From assembly GCF_009914755.1 (NCBI RefSeq), contig NC_060941.1: a stretch of 64,000 nucleotides of DNA. The stretch is one strand, 5' to 3'. Both the position numbers and the translations under genes were made by a program. Position 1 is the stretch's first letter; every line of letters starts with the position of its first letter. This DNA comes from the human T2T-CHM13v2.0 reference genome, Homo sapiens. Positions 21,989-42,018 of the stretch are shown in pieces. The notes below the pieces were generated by a model. That model did no database searches, was not told where the DNA came from, and saw nothing but the letters and a program-made list of their open reading frames with translations.

Positions 21989-23139
21989 TGAGTAGCTGGG
22001 ACTACAGGCACCTGCCATCACGCCTGGCTAATTTTTGTATTTTTAGTAGAGACGGGGTTTCGCCATGTTGGCCAGGCTGGTTTTGAACTCTTGACCTCAG
22101 GTGATCCACCCACCTCAGCCTCCCAAAGTGCTAGAATTATAGGCGTGAGCCACTGCACTCAGATAATTTTTTTTTATTTTTAGTAAAGATGGGGGTTTCG
22201 CCATGTAGGCCAGGCTGGTCTCGAACTGCTGACTTCAGGTGATCTGCCCGCCTCTGCATGCCAAAGTGCTGGGATTACAGGCAGGTTTCTGTTTTTATTT
22301 TGCCTTTCTTCTTCATCCTCCTCCACTTTCTGGGAAAACAAACTTCCCTGTTCATAGATGTTGGGTTTTTTTTTTCTTTTTGCCCTGTAAGGAAACAACA
22401 TGGCTGTTTTTAAAGCATCCTTGTCTTGGTGTAGATGGCCCTCAGACAAGTTCCATAGACAGTGCCCTGATTAGCTGGGCGCAGGGGCTCATGCCTGTAA
22501 TCCCAGCACTTTGGGAGGCCGAGGGGGGCGGATTACTTGAGGTCAGGAGTTTGAGACCAGCTTGGCCAACATGGTGAAACCTCGTCTCTACTAAAAAAAC
22601 AAAAATTAGCCTGGCATGGTGGCAGGCACCTGTTAATCCCAGGTACTCAGGAAGCTGAGGCAGGAGAATCACCTGAACCCAGGAGGCAGAGGTTGGCAGT
22701 GAGCCAAGATCTTGCCACTGCACTCCAGGCTGGATGACAGAGTGAGACTCCGTCTCAAAAAAAAAAAATTATTTGGGCACCGTGGCTCATGCCTGTAATC
22801 CCAGCACTTGGGAGGTCAAGGAGAGCAGATTGCTTGAGTCCAGGAGTTCAAGACCAGCTTGGGCAATATGGAGAAACCCCGTCTCTACTAAAAATACAAA
22901 ACTCAGCTGGGTGTAGTGGTGCACACCTGGAGCCCCAGCTACTTGGAGGCTAAGGGAGGAGGATTGCTTGAGTCTGGGAGGTGGAGGCTGCAGTGAGCCA
23001 AGATCATGCCACTGCACTCCAGCCTGGGCGACAGAATGGGACCATGGATCAAAAAAATAAAATTGGGCCCGGTGCGGTGGCTCACACCTATAAAGCGCAG
23101 CACTTTGGGAAGCGAAGGCAGGCGGATCACCTGAGGTCA

Positions 23140-23343
<204 letters not shown>

Positions 23344-23649
23344 TCAAAAAAAAAAATTTTTTTTTAATAAACAGCTTAAATATTCAATTGTTAGAAAATG
23401 GTTAAGTAAATTATGGTAGAATCAATTATATTACAGCAAAAAAGAAACTAACATATATGAAGTTTCATTGCACCAAGGAAGTTTTTTACTTAATAAAAGT
23501 AGTGAGTGAAAAAAATATAAAGGCTATGACTATGTCAAACATGTATTTACATATTAAAAAAACTGGAAAAAAAGAGAGAATTTTCTTAATAAAGATAAAA
23601 CCAGGACTCTCATATAGATATAAAAACGAACACATGTTAAGGATTTTAC

Positions 23650-23722
23650 AGCTGACCCTTGAACCATGCAGGGGTTAGGAGCATCAACCCCCTAGGCAGT
23701 TGAAAATCTGCAGATAACTTTT
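23650..23722 (+). mobile_element. Tigger2/MER8-like terminal fragment
   Basis: CAGCTGACCCTTGAAC terminal-repeat-like start followed by GGGGTTAGG..GAAAATCTG..TAACTTTT. Confidence 0.5.
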
Positions 23723-23905
23723 TTCTTTTTTTGTCAGACCTGGTGAACCAGAAGTTTTGGGTTGTTTTTTGGTTTGTTTGTTTTGTTTTGTTTTTGTTTT
23801 TGTTTTTGTTTTTGAGATGAAGTCTTACTATGATGCCCAGGGTAGTCTCTAACTCATGGGTTTAAGTGACCCTCCCACCTCAGCCTCCCAAGTAGCTAGG
23901 ATTAA

Positions 23906-25215
<1,310 letters not shown>

Positions 25216-26168
25216 TCTTTCCTATGAAGCCTTCCTGCTTGCCCCTAGGAAAAATTGATTCTGTGCTCTCTTAGCACTGTGTAAAAATTCCTTTTCTAAA
25301 GCCAATATCTTGGCCGGGTGCAGTGGCTCACGCCTGTAATCCCAGCATCTTGGGAGGCTGAGGCAGGCAGACTACCTGAGGCCAGGAGTTCTAGACCCAC
25401 CTAGCTAACATGGCGAAACCCCATCTCTACTAAAAAACATAAAAATTAGCTGGACATGATGACATGCGCCTGTAATCCCAGCTACTCAGGAGGCTGAGAG
25501 GCAGGGAGAATTGCTTGAACCCTGGAGGCAGAGGTTGCAGCGAGTGAGCTGAGATCGCACCACTGGACTCCAGCCTGGGCAACAGAGTGAGACTACATCT
25601 CAAAAAAATAAATAAATAAAACCAATATCTTGTGGTATTATAGTCATTTATGTGTTTGTCTTCCCTTATAGCTTGCTGAATTCTTCATTAAAAACATAAT
25701 GAGGACAGTGGTTAAGAATGGGGCCAGGCGAGGTGGCTCACACCTGTATCCTAGCACTTTGGGAGGCCGAGGCAGAAGGATTACCTGAGGCCAGGAGTTC
25801 GAGACCCACCTGGCCAACATAATGTGAGATCCCATCTCTAGATAAAATAAAAAAATTAGCCAGCTACATCGGGTGCGGTGGCTCACGCCTGTAATCCCAG
25901 CACTTTGGGAGGCTGAGGTGGGCGGATTACGAGGTCAGGAGTTCGAGACCAGCCTGACCAACATGGTGAAACCCCATCTCTACTAAAAATACAAAAATTA
26001 GCTGGGCCTGGTGGTGTGCACCTGTAATCCCAGCTACTCAGGAGGCTGAGACAGGATAATTGCTTGAACCTGGGAGGTGGAGGTTGCAGGAGCCGAGATC
26101 ACACCATTGCACTCCAGCCTGGGCAACAGAATAAGACTGTCTCAAAAAAAAAAAAAATTAGCCCGTTA

Positions 26169-26279
<111 letters not shown>

Positions 26280-26302
26280 CTAGTGACAGAGTGAGATCCT
26301 GT

Positions 26303-27553
<1,251 letters not shown>

Positions 27554-27945
27554 CTGACTCTTTAAAAAAAAAAAAAAGTGAAGGGTACAGTACTGGAGTC
27601 AGAATGCTTTGCTCAAATTCTTCTGATGGCACTTATTAGCTATGTGAGCATGGGAAAATAATTTTATGTCTCTAAGCCTTGCTTTTCTCATCTATAAAAT
27701 GCGAATAATAAAAATACTTCCCTTAGAAGAATGAAATGAGATAATCTACTGTGTCATGCACAGAGTAACCACATACCGCCTCAATCTTTTTTTTTTTTTT
27801 TTTTTTTTTTGCCCTGAGACTTAGCAGTTGAAGATAGAAGTGAAAGATTTTCTCTGTAGGTCTGAATATAAATTCCTATTCCTTCCATATCCAGTTATAA
27901 AGGGTTGCAGCTACAGCCCTCCCACGACATTTCTATTAGAAATAA

Positions 27946-28588
<643 letters not shown>

Positions 28589-28591
28589 CTA

Positions 28592-29142
<551 letters not shown>

Positions 29143-29388
29143 TCAACAAAATAACCTGTTGATAAAACAAAGTCTAGTTTATCCTTACTGCAGTGAGAAG
29201 AGCACTACTTTGACAGAGTTGTGGAGGCTCAAAGTAGGGAGCACATAGTGGTATATACTGAGTCTTTGAAATTTGGTTTAAGTGTAGGCTCTTTCAATGC
29301 GGGTTGGGGGTTGATTAGGATGGGGTAAGGATCATGATACAATCATTTAGGACTGGTAGACACAACAGAGTATTTTGAGGCCAGCGGT

Positions 29389-29941
29389 TGTATAAACACC
29401 CAACGAGTTCTTGTCCACTGCTCAGAGAGAGCCAATTTATCAAGACAGGGGAATTGTAATAGGGAAAGAGTTTAATACCCATAGAGCCAGCTAAATGAGA
29501 GAGCAGAATTTTATTATTATTCAAATCAGTCTTTCTGAAAATTTGGAGGCTGGGTTTTTTAAAGATAGTTTGGCAGGCAGGGGGCTAGGGAATGGATGCT
29601 GCTAATTGGTTGGGGATGCAATCACAGGGGTATGGAAAATATTTCTTGTGTGCTAAGTCTGTTTCTGGGTGGGGAGTCACAGGACCAGTTAAGAGTCCTG
29701 GGTTCTGGTGGAGCCATCTGATTGTCAGAAATGCCAAAGTCTGAAAGGATCTATCAAGAGGCCAATCTTAGGTTCTACAATAGTGATGTTATTTATGGGA
29801 GTAATTGGGAAAGTTGTAAATCTTGTGACCTCCAGAATAATGGCTGGTAATCATTTAACTATGCCAACACGTTAGCAGAATTCAGGCCCCTCTCATAATT
29901 CTAAATCTGTGGCCTTTTATTAGTTTTATAAAGGCAAGTTT
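29389..29941 (-). mobile_element. MER4-group ERV1 LTR (LTR8/LTR49-like; exact family uncertain)
   Basis: Minus strand carries ATTCCCCTGTCTTGATAAATTGGCTCT near the 3' end and GGAGGTCACAAGATTT, typical of this LTR group. Confidence 0.6.
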
Positions 29942-30051
29942 GGTTTTTTTTATTTTTTTCTTTCTGAGACAAGGTCTCGCTCTGTTGCCAAGGCTCGAGT
30001 GCAGTGTGCAATCACTGCTCATTGCAAACTCAAACTCCTGGGCTCAAGTGA

Positions 30052-30348
<297 letters not shown>

Positions 30349-30858
30349 TGAGCCGCCATGCCCGGCCAGCCTTCATTTTTAATTTACTGAAATAGTTATC
30401 ATGTTAATGTAGACAATAAGCTGTGTGGGTGCAGATGGTTTTCATTCTCAGTGCTTTTAGAAAATCTAATAAGTAAAATTAAGGGAAATGTATCCAGGAT
30501 ACTGAGGGCACTTGTCCCTGCAGACCGAGTTTAAAATGGAAGATATTATTTTGGTAACTCAGAAGGTGATTTGAACTTTAGACGGATGACCCACTTCCTG
30601 GCTTACTCATCATTTCCCACCATCCGTTCATCTCAGTTGAATGCCACCAGTCTTGTGAGGAAGCAGATTAGGAATGCTCATTCCCGCTGGGTGTGGTGGC
30701 TCATGCCTGTAATCCCAGCACTTTGGAAGGCTGAGGCTGGTGGATCACAAGGTCAGGAATTCAAGACCAGCCTGGCCAATATGGTGAAACCCCGTCTTTA
30801 CTGAAAATACAAAAATTAGCCGGGCGTGGTGGCGGGCGCCTGTAGTCCCAGCTACTCA

Positions 30859-31378
<520 letters not shown>

Positions 31379-31679
31379 TTCTTACTGAGTTTATTCTTTT
31401 TTTTTTTTTTTTTTTTTTTTTTTGAGACAGGGTCTCGCTCTGTCTCCCAGACTGGAGTGCAGTGGTGTGATCATGGCTTATGGCAGCCTCCACCTCCCAG
31501 GCTCAAGTGATCCTACCACCTCAGCCTCCTGAGTAGCTGGGACTACAGGGGCCCACCGCCACACCCGGCTAATTTTTTTATTTTTTGTGGAGACAGGGTC
31601 TCCCTATCTTGTCCAGGATGATCTGAAATTTCTGGGCTCAAGAGATCTCCCACCTCGGCCACCCAAAATGTTGGGATTA

Positions 31680-32012
<333 letters not shown>

Positions 32013-32459
32013 TTAATGGCCCTTCAAATGTATAAAGCTTTCTCATTCAGGGAAGAAAGACATAAAGATGTAGCCCAGGCGCGATGACTCAGGTCTGTAA
32101 TCCCAACACTTTGGGAGGCCGAGGCAGCTGGACCTCTTGAGCCCAGGAGTTCAAGACCAGCCTAGGCAACATGGCAAAACCCCATCTCTACTAAAAATAC
32201 AAAAATTAGCCTGGCGTGGTGGCGGGCGCCGTATGGGCACCATGGTTGTCCCAGCTACTCAGGAGGCTGAAGTGGGAGGATCACCTGAGCCCGGGAGGTC
32301 GGGGCTGCAGTAAGCCGTGTTCGCACCATGGCACTCTAGCCTGGACGACAGAAAAAGAAAAAAGAAATAAAGGTATAAAAGAAAAAAAAGAAAAGTAAAC
32401 AGCTTCTTCCAGGGGATGAAGTAGGTTTATTTCGGTGAGATTGCTGCTCAGGACTTAGG

Positions 32460-33240
32460 AGAGCCATCAAAGGCAGAAGACCGCTCCTGGGGCCCGGTCA
32501 CCTGAACACTACAAGTCCCAGCAAGCGCCGCGCGGGGGCGGGGCTTGCTGACCGTTGTGACGTGTGGGCGGGGCAGGCGGGACGGGCTCTCCCTTGGGTG
32601 CTTAGCCCCGCCCCCGTCCCACTCTGCCCTGTTGCTGTCGCGCCGCTGCTGGTTGCTGTCCCTGGTGAGTGCCTCAAGTGGAAAGGGGCAGTTAGGCCCT
32701 CGGGGTGCCCACATTCAGACTTGCAGTCCTGAGAAGGGGCCACGGGGGTAGAGGTGTGGCAAGTTTCGGTTCTCACCGCAGTTCACCCTCTGGGGTGATA
32801 GTGGGAGTGGTGTTCTGAAGGCCCTGGAGCCCCTCCCGCGGCCCGGGAGGGTTGCGGGGCAGTTTTGTCTTGCGGAGGGCAGCGCTGCAGTGCTGTGTGG
32901 CAGGGTGGGAGGCTCCTCGGGAAGAAGTGACACCCCTGGCGGCGGCGAGGGTCTTGAGGCGGCGGCTGCCGCCCCACGGGTCGTGGCGTCCCGTCCCCTC
33001 CCGCGGGCCCAGGCTGTGGTGGTTCCGTAATCCCTCGCCTGGATGTCATCGCCGTTGGCTTCGAGGCGGAGGTGGAGCCTTGTTGCGTCACCCTGAGCAA
33101 GTTACTTTCTTTTTGGGCCTCAGTGTCCCCCTTTACGAGTAGGTTTGATCCCTGAAGCGCCTTGCCTTTTGCATGCTGCAGCTGTCGGAGAAGACGTTCT
33201 AGGCAGGAGGAAAGACGGTGTCGTGACCTGCCTCTACAGT
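32460..33240. promoter_or_regulatory. CpG island / CALCOCO2 promoter: ZNF143-THAP11-type ACTACAAGTCCCAGCA (32508-32523), GC boxes (e.g. 32535-32544), TGACGTG (32558-32564), Inr-like CCACTCT around 32621
   Basis: CpG-rich stretch spanning exon 1; motifs read directly; TATA-less housekeeping-type architecture. Confidence 0.85.
32621..32664 (+). other. CALCOCO2: CALCOCO2 non-coding exon 1 (5' end approximate)
   Basis: Strong donor CTG|GTGAGT at 32665 inside the CpG island; splices to cag|GACCCCTACCATG at 43270; TSS inferred from the Inr-like site. Confidence 0.8.
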
Positions 33241-33729
33241 TAATCCATTGCCCCTCCACCACTGACCCAGCTTAGTTTGGGAGCTAATGTTCCCACTCGT
33301 ATATTATTTCAACCCCACTGGACGTGTTAACTCTTTTCTATCACTTGGATTCTTGCTTCACATGCAAGCCAACAAGTGACCATGGTTGGAGCTGAGTAAA
33401 ATATGGATAATATAACTTATTCTATTATTGGAAACACCATTGCAAGTAAAGGACTTTATGTGGTAGGTCTTTGTAGCTTGTGGAGAATACATGATTAAGG
33501 AATATCCAGATGGCTCAGTTTCCCAGGTATTTTCAAGGGACCTGGAAACTCTATCCTTTGGCAGACATGACAGCTGTGGAATGGAAAGGGCCTTGAAAAA
33601 GGTAGTCGATAATCCTGAGTTACCTGGCACTAACAGGTCATATTGTCTTTCGAGTCAGATAGTACATCTGTGGCTCTTTAAAAATTTAATTTGGCTGACT
33701 AGGCGCAGTGGCTCACGCCTGTAATCTCA

Positions 33730-34029
<300 letters not shown>

Positions 34030-36545
34030 TCATGTATCCTTAATTATTTTTAGATGAAAAGAGAGTTAAATGAACTCTTTCACTTCTTTTTTCCTTCACT
34101 TAGGATCATCATTATATCAGGCAAGGTCCTTGAAGATTTTCTAGCCTTAGCCATGCATTTTGCTGATGAGGAAACAGGCCAGAAAAGGGTACTGTGACTT
34201 GGCCAAGCTCTCAGAGTGGCAGAACTAAGATAGGAACCCAGCTCCCTTGGCTGTTAGCCTAGTCCCCTTTCCACCACACTTCAAACACTGTCACTGCCCA
34301 TGTCACAGGGACATGGCATGTTAGAATCACCCCTGTCAAGGGAAAAGTGGATGGTCTCAGTAAAATGGAGATTAGTACACAGCTTTGAGCCTTTCAGAGT
34401 TTCCAGTTGCCCGCACCTGATGTCCCAGAACTATTTTTTCCATCTTCCCCTAGAACTGGCGCCAGCACTATGGTGGTGTGGATGTGAGATGAGGGCCTGT
34501 TTAGAAAAAGCTGGACAGCAAATTCAAACAATTGTTAATGAGTAGTAATAAAGGCCTCCTGGGGTGTAAAATTTTTGTAAGACACTCTGAAACATTTTCA
34601 TATTTTAGGTAAGGGTCTAGAATTAACTTGGAAATTTTGGGCTAGAGCAAATGGCTCGATAATTTGAAGACCAGTGATTGTGTCTTTGCTTTTGCTACCT
34701 GTTTCAGGGCCATCTACACACACCCATAGTATCCACTGCTGGTATTCTTTAAGGCTGGTTATGTGTAAGCATTTCTGCCATGGCCAGGGAGAAACGGGAT
34801 TCAAATCAATTCATCCATTTTTGCTAATTGCTAATCGTTTAGAAAGAAAAGTAAGCAGAAGGCCGGGCACAGTGGCTCACGCCTGTAATCCCAGCACTTT
34901 GGGAGGCCAAGGTGGGTGGATCACGAGGTCAGGAGTTAGAGACCAACTTGGCCAACATAGTGAAACCCCGTCTCTACTAAAAATACAAAAATTAACCGGA
35001 CATGGTGGCACATGCATGTAGTCTTGGGAGGCTGAGGCAGGAGAATCACTTGAACCCAGGAGACAGAGGTTGTGGTGAGCTGAGATCACACCACTGCACT
35101 CCACCCTGGGCAACAGAGAGAGACTCTGTCTCAAAAAAAAAAAAAAAGAAAGAAAAAAAGTAAGCAGAAAGATAAAGGAATCCAATTAAATTGGGTTTGA
35201 CTTTTATCTTTGTTTTTACTGTTCTCAAATGAAGAATTGATTTGCATGTCTTTCTTGCCTGTAGAAGCATTTGATTTCCTTCTGTGAACTAATCTGTAGT
35301 CTTCATTTCTCTTGAAATATATGCCCACTGGTATAAAAAAGGCTAATGTAAACATGTTGGCCATTTAAAAAATTTTCTGCTAAAAAACCTATCAGTGTAG
35401 TTTGCAGATGCAGTTAGAAAGAGCAGAAGTAGGCTGGGCACGGTAGCTCATGCATGTAATCCCAGCACTTTGGGAGGCCGAGGCAGATGGATCGCCTGAG
35501 TCCAGGAGTTCAAGACCAGCCTGGGCAACATGGTGAAACCCTGTCTCTACAAAAATACAAAAATTAGCCAGGCACATGCCTAGGGTCCCAGCTACTCCAA
35601 CTGAGGTGAGAGGATTGCTTGAGCCAGGGATGTCAAGGCTGCAGTGAGCCACATTCATGCCATTGCACTCCAGCCTGCAAGACCCTATGTCAAAAAAAAA
35701 AAAAAAAAAAAAAAAGCAAGAGCAGAAGTAGAACAGGCTGCTGTTCCTTTTCTTCAGGAAGACATAAGAGGATCTATGTCCTCATGGAACAGCCCTGGGA
35801 GTAGTATATTAGGCTTGAAAAGCTCATTAGATGAAGATGTGTCAGGTTTTCTTGGAAGCTAGGAGACAGTTCAGGGGACTCATTTAAAAATACTTTCCCA
35901 TTATTGCCTGCTCCTCTGAGGGCCCTAATCCTTTTGGAAACTGAGCTGAAAAAAGGTAATGACTATGTCAGAGGCCAAATAAAGTTGCCTCTGACAGTTT
36001 GTGGAATTTGTGCATTATTTTACCCATGCTTGATAGTTTTGTTTTTGAAAATCCCTATTTGTTTTCTCTGTTCATTCCTTATGTGGCCAATCTTTGATTT
36101 GAGGGTTGGAATAAGGAATTAGGTAAAATACCACTTTATAATTTCTAGGGGACCTAGCTCGTCCCACTAATTTTTCATAACTCAGCAGTTCTCTGGGCTT
36201 CTAAATTTAACTTTTGCTCTTATATTTCTTCTCTTTTCTTTACCTCTATGAATTGCTGCCAAGTTAGAAATGGATGGTAGACAGGTTCTATAGTGGGAAA
36301 GGTGGTTAAAGGAGGGGAAGTTGATGCTTAAGTCATTTTAATTTTCATGGGCCAGGTGTAGTGACTCACGCCTGTAATCCCAGCACTTTGGGAGGCCAAT
36401 GCGGGAGGATTGCTTGAGTCCAGGAATTCAAGACCAGCCTGGGCAACATAGGGAGACCCTATCCCTACAAAAATACAAACATTAGGTGGGCATGGTGGCG
36501 CATACCTATAGTTCCAGCTACTTGGGAGGTTGAGGTGGAGGGTCA

Positions 36546-36683
<138 letters not shown>

Positions 36684-37290
36684 TCATTTCTAGACTACTT
36701 TGTCAGAAAGGTAATTTCCCAAGCCATTGTTGGAGCCCATTTCTCCCAGGAATTTTATCACTGGGAGGAAGGGAAGACTAAAGATTACTGACCTGAAAAC
36801 TCAGTAGATGCCCTCCCTCCAGGAAAAGCTGGAATACTTCCTCACTGACCAAGTTCGGGTTGGCATGGTTATGTTCTAGTTTACTCATGGCCCTTTGTGT
36901 CCACAGCTTGGTAAAAAGGAGAGAAGAGAAGCCACTGCTGTTCTCATCTACTTGCCTCCTCAAACCCTTCCCCAGCCTTGGCAGAGGAGAATTTTAACCT
37001 TATTTCAAGAATGATTGAGTTCTCAATACCTCACATGCCATTGGATGCCCTCTGAGTCCCTTCTGGGAAGGTGATGAGATTTCTGAAATGGGAAACTCCA
37101 TGGGGTCTTTTGCATTTTTGATAAGCAAGGAACCAAAGCTGTTCACTTTTCCAGACAGATTATTAGGTTTTCAGGTGAATGAAAATAGCTAGAATTTCCT
37201 TTGACTATACACTCAAGCCTCAGAACATGAGCTCTTTCGTGTTGTCTATATATGTGCTGTCCTTTCTTAAGCGTTCTGCTTATGAGCTAA

Positions 37291-37503
<213 letters not shown>

Positions 37504-38192
37504 TAGTAGAGACAGGGTTTCACCATGTTGGCTAGGCTGGCCTCGAACTCCTTACCTCAAGTGATCCACCCACCTCAGCCTCCCAAAGTTCTGGGATTAC
37601 AGGTGTGAGCCACGGCACACGGCCAGATTGGTTGTTTTTCTGGTAATGAAAGAGAAACTATACCAAGCTACCCCATGCCCTTAGCTGGTCTTGCCTTTCA
37701 GAGTAGCATCCATTTTCACAACAGCTTGCCAGAGTTTGAGTGTGTGTAAGGTAGGTAATGGAGTGTGAATTTGATGGGTTCTTAAGGAAATCAAATCTGT
37801 TCCTTTTGGTTTTTTGGCACCATGCCACTTGAACCAGCCATGCCAGCTGAACCAGCCATACCAAGAAGTGACTTAGCACTTGGAGATTATCATCTCCTCA
37901 CCCTATTTTAGAAAAGAGAAAGCTGAGAAACAGCAGTTTCTCCAAGGGTCAACAACAAATTAAGAGGGCTTAAAAAAATAAAACATACACACTCTTAGCC
38001 CCAGAGTCACCCTTACCATTGTTTACCTACAAAGCCCCTTCCTTTTTTACTTTTTGATGAATGATGTGCATATCTTGTTAGTTCATTTATCCAACAAATA
38101 CTTAATCAGTGATTACTACACCTTAGGCATTGTGTTATGTATACAATGGTGATAGTGTTGTGAAGGAAAAGAAATGGGGATAAGGTACTTGG

Positions 38193-38862
38193 TACCTGTG
38201 TACAATGAGGGTTTCTCTTGGATGCTATGGGAGAATGGGCAGGGAGGTTTCTCAGCTTGCAGACCCTTTATTTCCAAGTGGTCTACTGACATATGGAGGC
38301 CAGCGTATGAGGGGCAGTCCCGGAAGTCACTCTTTTTTTTTTTTTTTTTTTTGGAGATAGAGTTTTGCTCTTATTGCCCAAGCTGGAGTGCAGTGGTGCG
38401 ATCTCAGCTCACTGCAACCTCCGCCTCCCAGGTTCAAGCTATTCTGCCTCAGCCTTCTGAGTAGCTGGAATTACAGATGCATGCCACCACACCCAGCTAA
38501 TTTTTTGTATTTTTAGTAGAAATGGGGTTTCACCATGTTAGCCAGCCTGCTCTTGAACTCCTGACCTCAGGTGATCTGCCTGCCTTGGCCTCCCAGTGCT
38601 GGGATTACAGGCATGAGCTACCACACGCAGCACTCAGAAGAACACTCAGAACACTCTTATCTGAGTGTTCTTCATGATCCGCAAAGGACAAGTTAAGTAA
38701 TTTTACACGCACAGATAAATTGGTGCTCCAGGCTTAGGACAGAGGGATATGCTGGCCTCCATATGACGGTAGACCACTTGGAAATAAAGGGTCTGCAAGC
38801 TGAGAAACCTCCCTGCCCACTCTCTCATAGCATCCAAGAGAAACCCTCATTGTACACAGGTA
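38193..38862. repeat. 116-bp inverted repeat (38193-38308 / 38747-38862), about 5 mismatches
   Basis: Manual reverse-complement alignment. Confidence 0.93.
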
Positions 38863-38873
38863 ACAGTTTATTA

Positions 38874-39216
<343 letters not shown>

Positions 39217-39562
39217 CTAAAAAAAAAAAATGGAAAGAAAAACTTTTGAGGTTTGAGGTTGAGGATGTGGCTAAACTGTGTCACAAACCAGAAAGTCAAT
39301 GCATTTTTTAGTTCCTTAACTCAATTTCAAGAATAGACAGTTTAGTGCTCCAAAGTCCTGTTGCCTTCTTTATGAAAAAACTGACTTCTGGGGAGTTGGA
39401 AGAGCAGGCCTGGTTGCTTAGACTTCAAAGTAAAACCAGTAAATAGATAGGATGGGGCTAGAATAAGTATTATGGTTGTTTGGGAGGTCTTGTTTTTTTG
39501 GTTATTGTACTTACTTATTTTTAAAAATTATATGTGTGCCAGCCGGGCGCGGTGGCTTACAT

Positions 39563-40024
39563 TGAAGCAGGAAGAGCCACAGACAAAACTCCTCAGACAC
39601 CGAGTTAACGAAGGATGGGGTTTATTAGGCCGGGGGCATCAGCAAGACTCCTGTCTCAAGAGCTGAGCTCCCCGAGTGAGCAATTCCTGTCCCTTTTAAG
39701 GGCTAACAACTCTAAGGGGGTATGCGTGAGAGGGTCGTGATCAATTGAGCAAGCAGGGGGTACATGACTGGGGGCTGCATGTGTCGGTAATTAGATCGTC
39801 ACAAAACAGGATAGGGATTTTCACAGTGCTTTTCTATACAATGTCTGTAATCTATAGATAACATAACCAATTAGGTCAGGGGTCGATCTTTAACTACCAG
39901 GCCCAGGGTGTGGCGCCGGGCTGTCTGCTTGTGGATTTCATTTCTGCCTTTTAGTTTTTACTTTTTTTTTCTTTGGAGACAGAAATTGGGCATAAGACAA
40001 CATGAGGGGTGGTCTCCTCCCTTA
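39563..40024 (-). mobile_element. LTR2 (HERV-E/Harlequin) solo LTR inserted near the 5' end of an AluY (39542-40290)
   Basis: Minus strand begins TAAGGGAGGAGACCACCCCTCATGTTGTCTTATGCCCAATTTCTG; internal AATAAA at 39626-39621; the Alu resumes at 40025. Confidence 0.88.
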
Positions 40025-40133
40025 ATGTCTGTAATCCTAGCACTTTGGGAGGCCGAGGTGGGCTCATCACGAGGTTAGGAGATCGAGACCATCCTTTCTA
40101 ACACGGTGAAACCCTGTGTCTACTAAAAATTCA

Positions 40134-40376
<243 letters not shown>

Positions 40377-40940
40377 TTATATAGTATTTGCATGTGTATA
40401 GCTCTTTCTTCATCTTCTGTGTACAACTGAAATATTTTTTTCATGTCCTAGTAAAACCCTAAATTGAGAATTACGGACTCACTAAATGTTAGACCAGCTA
40501 GTCATTTAGAAAACAGTGCATGTGATTTGTTTAAGGGGCAGGAAGTATTAGGTGTCAACAATTAAAATCACTTTGTTTCTTTTTTTTTTTTGAGACGGAG
40601 TCTCACTCTGTGTCCCAGGCTGGAGTGCAGTGGCGCAATCTGGCAATCTTGGCTCACTGCAAACTCGGCCTCCCGGGTTCCTGCCATTCTCCTGCCTCAG
40701 CCTCCTGAGTAGCTGGGACTACAGGCACCCGCCACCACGCCCGGCTAATTTTTTGTGTTTTTAGTAGAGACGGGGTTTCACCATGTTAGCCAGGATGGTC
40801 TCAATCTCCTGACATCATGATCCACCCACCTCTGCCTCCCAAAGTGCTGGGATTACAGGCATGAGCCACTGTGCCCGGCCCACTTTGTTTCCTTTATGTA
40901 CTGTTTTTGACTCCAAAATGGTTTCTCTTTTTTTTTTTGA

Positions 40941-41153
<213 letters not shown>

Positions 41154-41236
41154 TGATCCACCTGCCTCAGCCTCCCAAAGTGTTGAGATTACAGGTGTAA
41201 GCCACAGTGCCTGGCCTTTTTTCTTTGCTTTGCTTT

Positions 41237-41269
<33 letters not shown>

Positions 41270-41644
41270 CGGAGTTTCACTCTTCTTGCCCAGGCTAGAG
41301 TGCAGTGGCATGATCTTGGCTCACTGAGACCTCCGCTCCCAGGTTCAAGCAATTTTCCTGCCTCAGCCTCCCAAGTAGCTGGGATTGCAGGCATGTGCCA
41401 CCACGCCCAGCTAATTTTGTATTTTTAGTAGAGATGGGGTTTCTCCATCTTGGTCAAGCTGGTCTCGAATTCCTAAACTCAGGTGATCCACCTGCCTCAG
41501 CTTCCCAAAGTGCTGGGATTACAGGTGTGAGCCACCATGCCTGGCTTTTTTTGCTTGTTTGTTTTAATAGAGACAGTCTCACTATATTGCCCAGGCTGGA
41601 CTTGAACTCCTGGCTCAAGCAATCCTCTCACCTCAGCCTCCTGA

Positions 41645-41845
<201 letters not shown>

Positions 41846-41877
41846 TGAGCACCACCACGCCCAGCTAATTTTTGTAG

Positions 41878-42018
<141 letters not shown>

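Noticed and set aside
23720-23760. Minus-strand GGTCTGAC followed by an A-run, resembling a retroposed box C/D snoRNA 3' end
   Set aside because: Too short, no box C found, and no match to any snoRNA I can recall
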